Below, in pieces: positions 35,129-35,793 of a stretch of 35,793 nucleotides of DNA. The notes under the pieces are model-generated. The model worked only from the letters and a program-made list of their open reading frames with translations, was not told the origin of the DNA and searched no databases. The DNA is from a virus (taxonomy: Duplodnaviria; Caudoviricetes), in the IMG/VR virus record IMGVR_UViG_3300031702_000024, positions 1 through 35,793 of that record; one strand, 5' to 3'. How positions within the stretch are numbered: position 1 is the stretch's first letter; the number at the start of each line of letters is the position of its first letter. The translations under genes were made by a program, and so were the position numbers.

Positions 35129-35793
35129 ATGCGTCCCAAGAATTATCTAAATAATAAAGATATATTAAAAGAAATACACAAATCAAAAAATCAGTTCAAC
35201 AGCTATCTAGAACCAGAGTTCGGACAGTATGATATTATTTTACTAGATGTAAGTAAAATAAATCGACTGTCTGTTGCTGAAGCAAAGCGTAATAAAGCAA
35301 AGAAGATGTCTTCAGCAGAATACGAGCGTAGAAAAGGTCTTGGTGAAAAGGTTAAGCAAGCAGAGTGCGAAACTACCGCTGCTCAAATTACTAAAGAAGA
35401 GTTAATCTTCCGTGTAATGACGTTTGATCATATTCCAGAAGAGCCTGGTCGTAAAAAGAACCCAAAGACAGTTGCTGATACAAAAGTTAAACTTCCTTTT
35501 CCGCCCTTTAAGCATTATAAGTATAATGATGAAGGCGAAATTATCCTAGTAGGCAAAAGTCACTGGGAAGGTGGAATGGACAATGGCAACTTTAACCATA
35601 AGCACGGTAAAGCAACTGACAAACTTGCTATGATGTGGTTGAAACTTGTTGATCGATACGCAACTCGAGGCAATGTACGTGGTTACACATACAATGACGA
35701 GATGAAAGGTCAAGCTATCTTGCAACTTGCACAAATTGGATTACAGTTTGATGAATCTAAGTCAGATAACCCGTTTGCATACTATACTGCGGC
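35129..35793 (+). CDS. gp55: T4 gp55-like late-transcription sigma factor (3' truncated)
   Basis: Not in the ORF track because there is no stop in the window. Manual translation gives MRPKNYLNNKDILKEIHKSK...LAMMWLKLVDRYATRGNVRGYTYNDEMKGQAILQLAQIGLQFDESKSDNPFAYYTA, matching the gp55 motifs YVNNK, NFxGY...EM and FD..K..NPFAY. Confidence 0.85.
   Translation, partial: MRPKNYLNNKDILKEIHKSKNQFNSYLEPEFGQYDIILLDVSKINRLSVAEAKRNKAKKMSSAEYERRKGLGEKVKQAECETTAAQITKEELIFRVMTFDHIPEEPGRKKNPKTVADTKVKLPFPPFKHYKYNDEGEIILVGKSHWEGGMDNGNFNHKHGKATDKLAMMWLKLVDRYATRGNVRGYTYNDEMKGQAILQLAQIGLQFDESKSDNPFAYYTA

Noticed and set aside
35546-35734. 62-aa minus-strand ORF in the track
   Set aside because: It is antisense to the conserved core of the gp55-like gene.

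Overview
AT-rich DNA from a large T4-related myovirus. Gene content and order resemble RaK2/Atu_ph07-type jumbo phages and their uncultured aquatic relatives, but that is recall, not a search. About 35 kb is one tightly packed minus-strand baseplate/tail-fibre cluster. In transcription order it encodes: a tube-initiator-like protein, LysM/gp53, a gp27-like hub, a lysozyme-like protein, a gp5-like spike with a C-terminal M15 peptidase, gp25, gp6, a 5229-aa multidomain wedge/adhesin, a 200-aa structural protein, three paralogous fibre proteins and a truncated structural gene. A gp55-like late sigma factor gene, missed by the ORF track, starts divergently at 35129 and runs off the right edge. It sits behind a perfect TTGACA-N17-TATAAT promoter that overlaps an oppositely oriented TAAATA late-promoter box. 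The most notable items are this interlocked promoter pair, a ~135-aa insertion in the sigma factor, the split FG-GAP-like propeller and CBM-like modules of the giant protein, the enzyme-extended spike and the fibre trio. No RNA genes, CRISPR arrays, mobile elements or introns were seen. All protein assignments are by-eye motif recognition.
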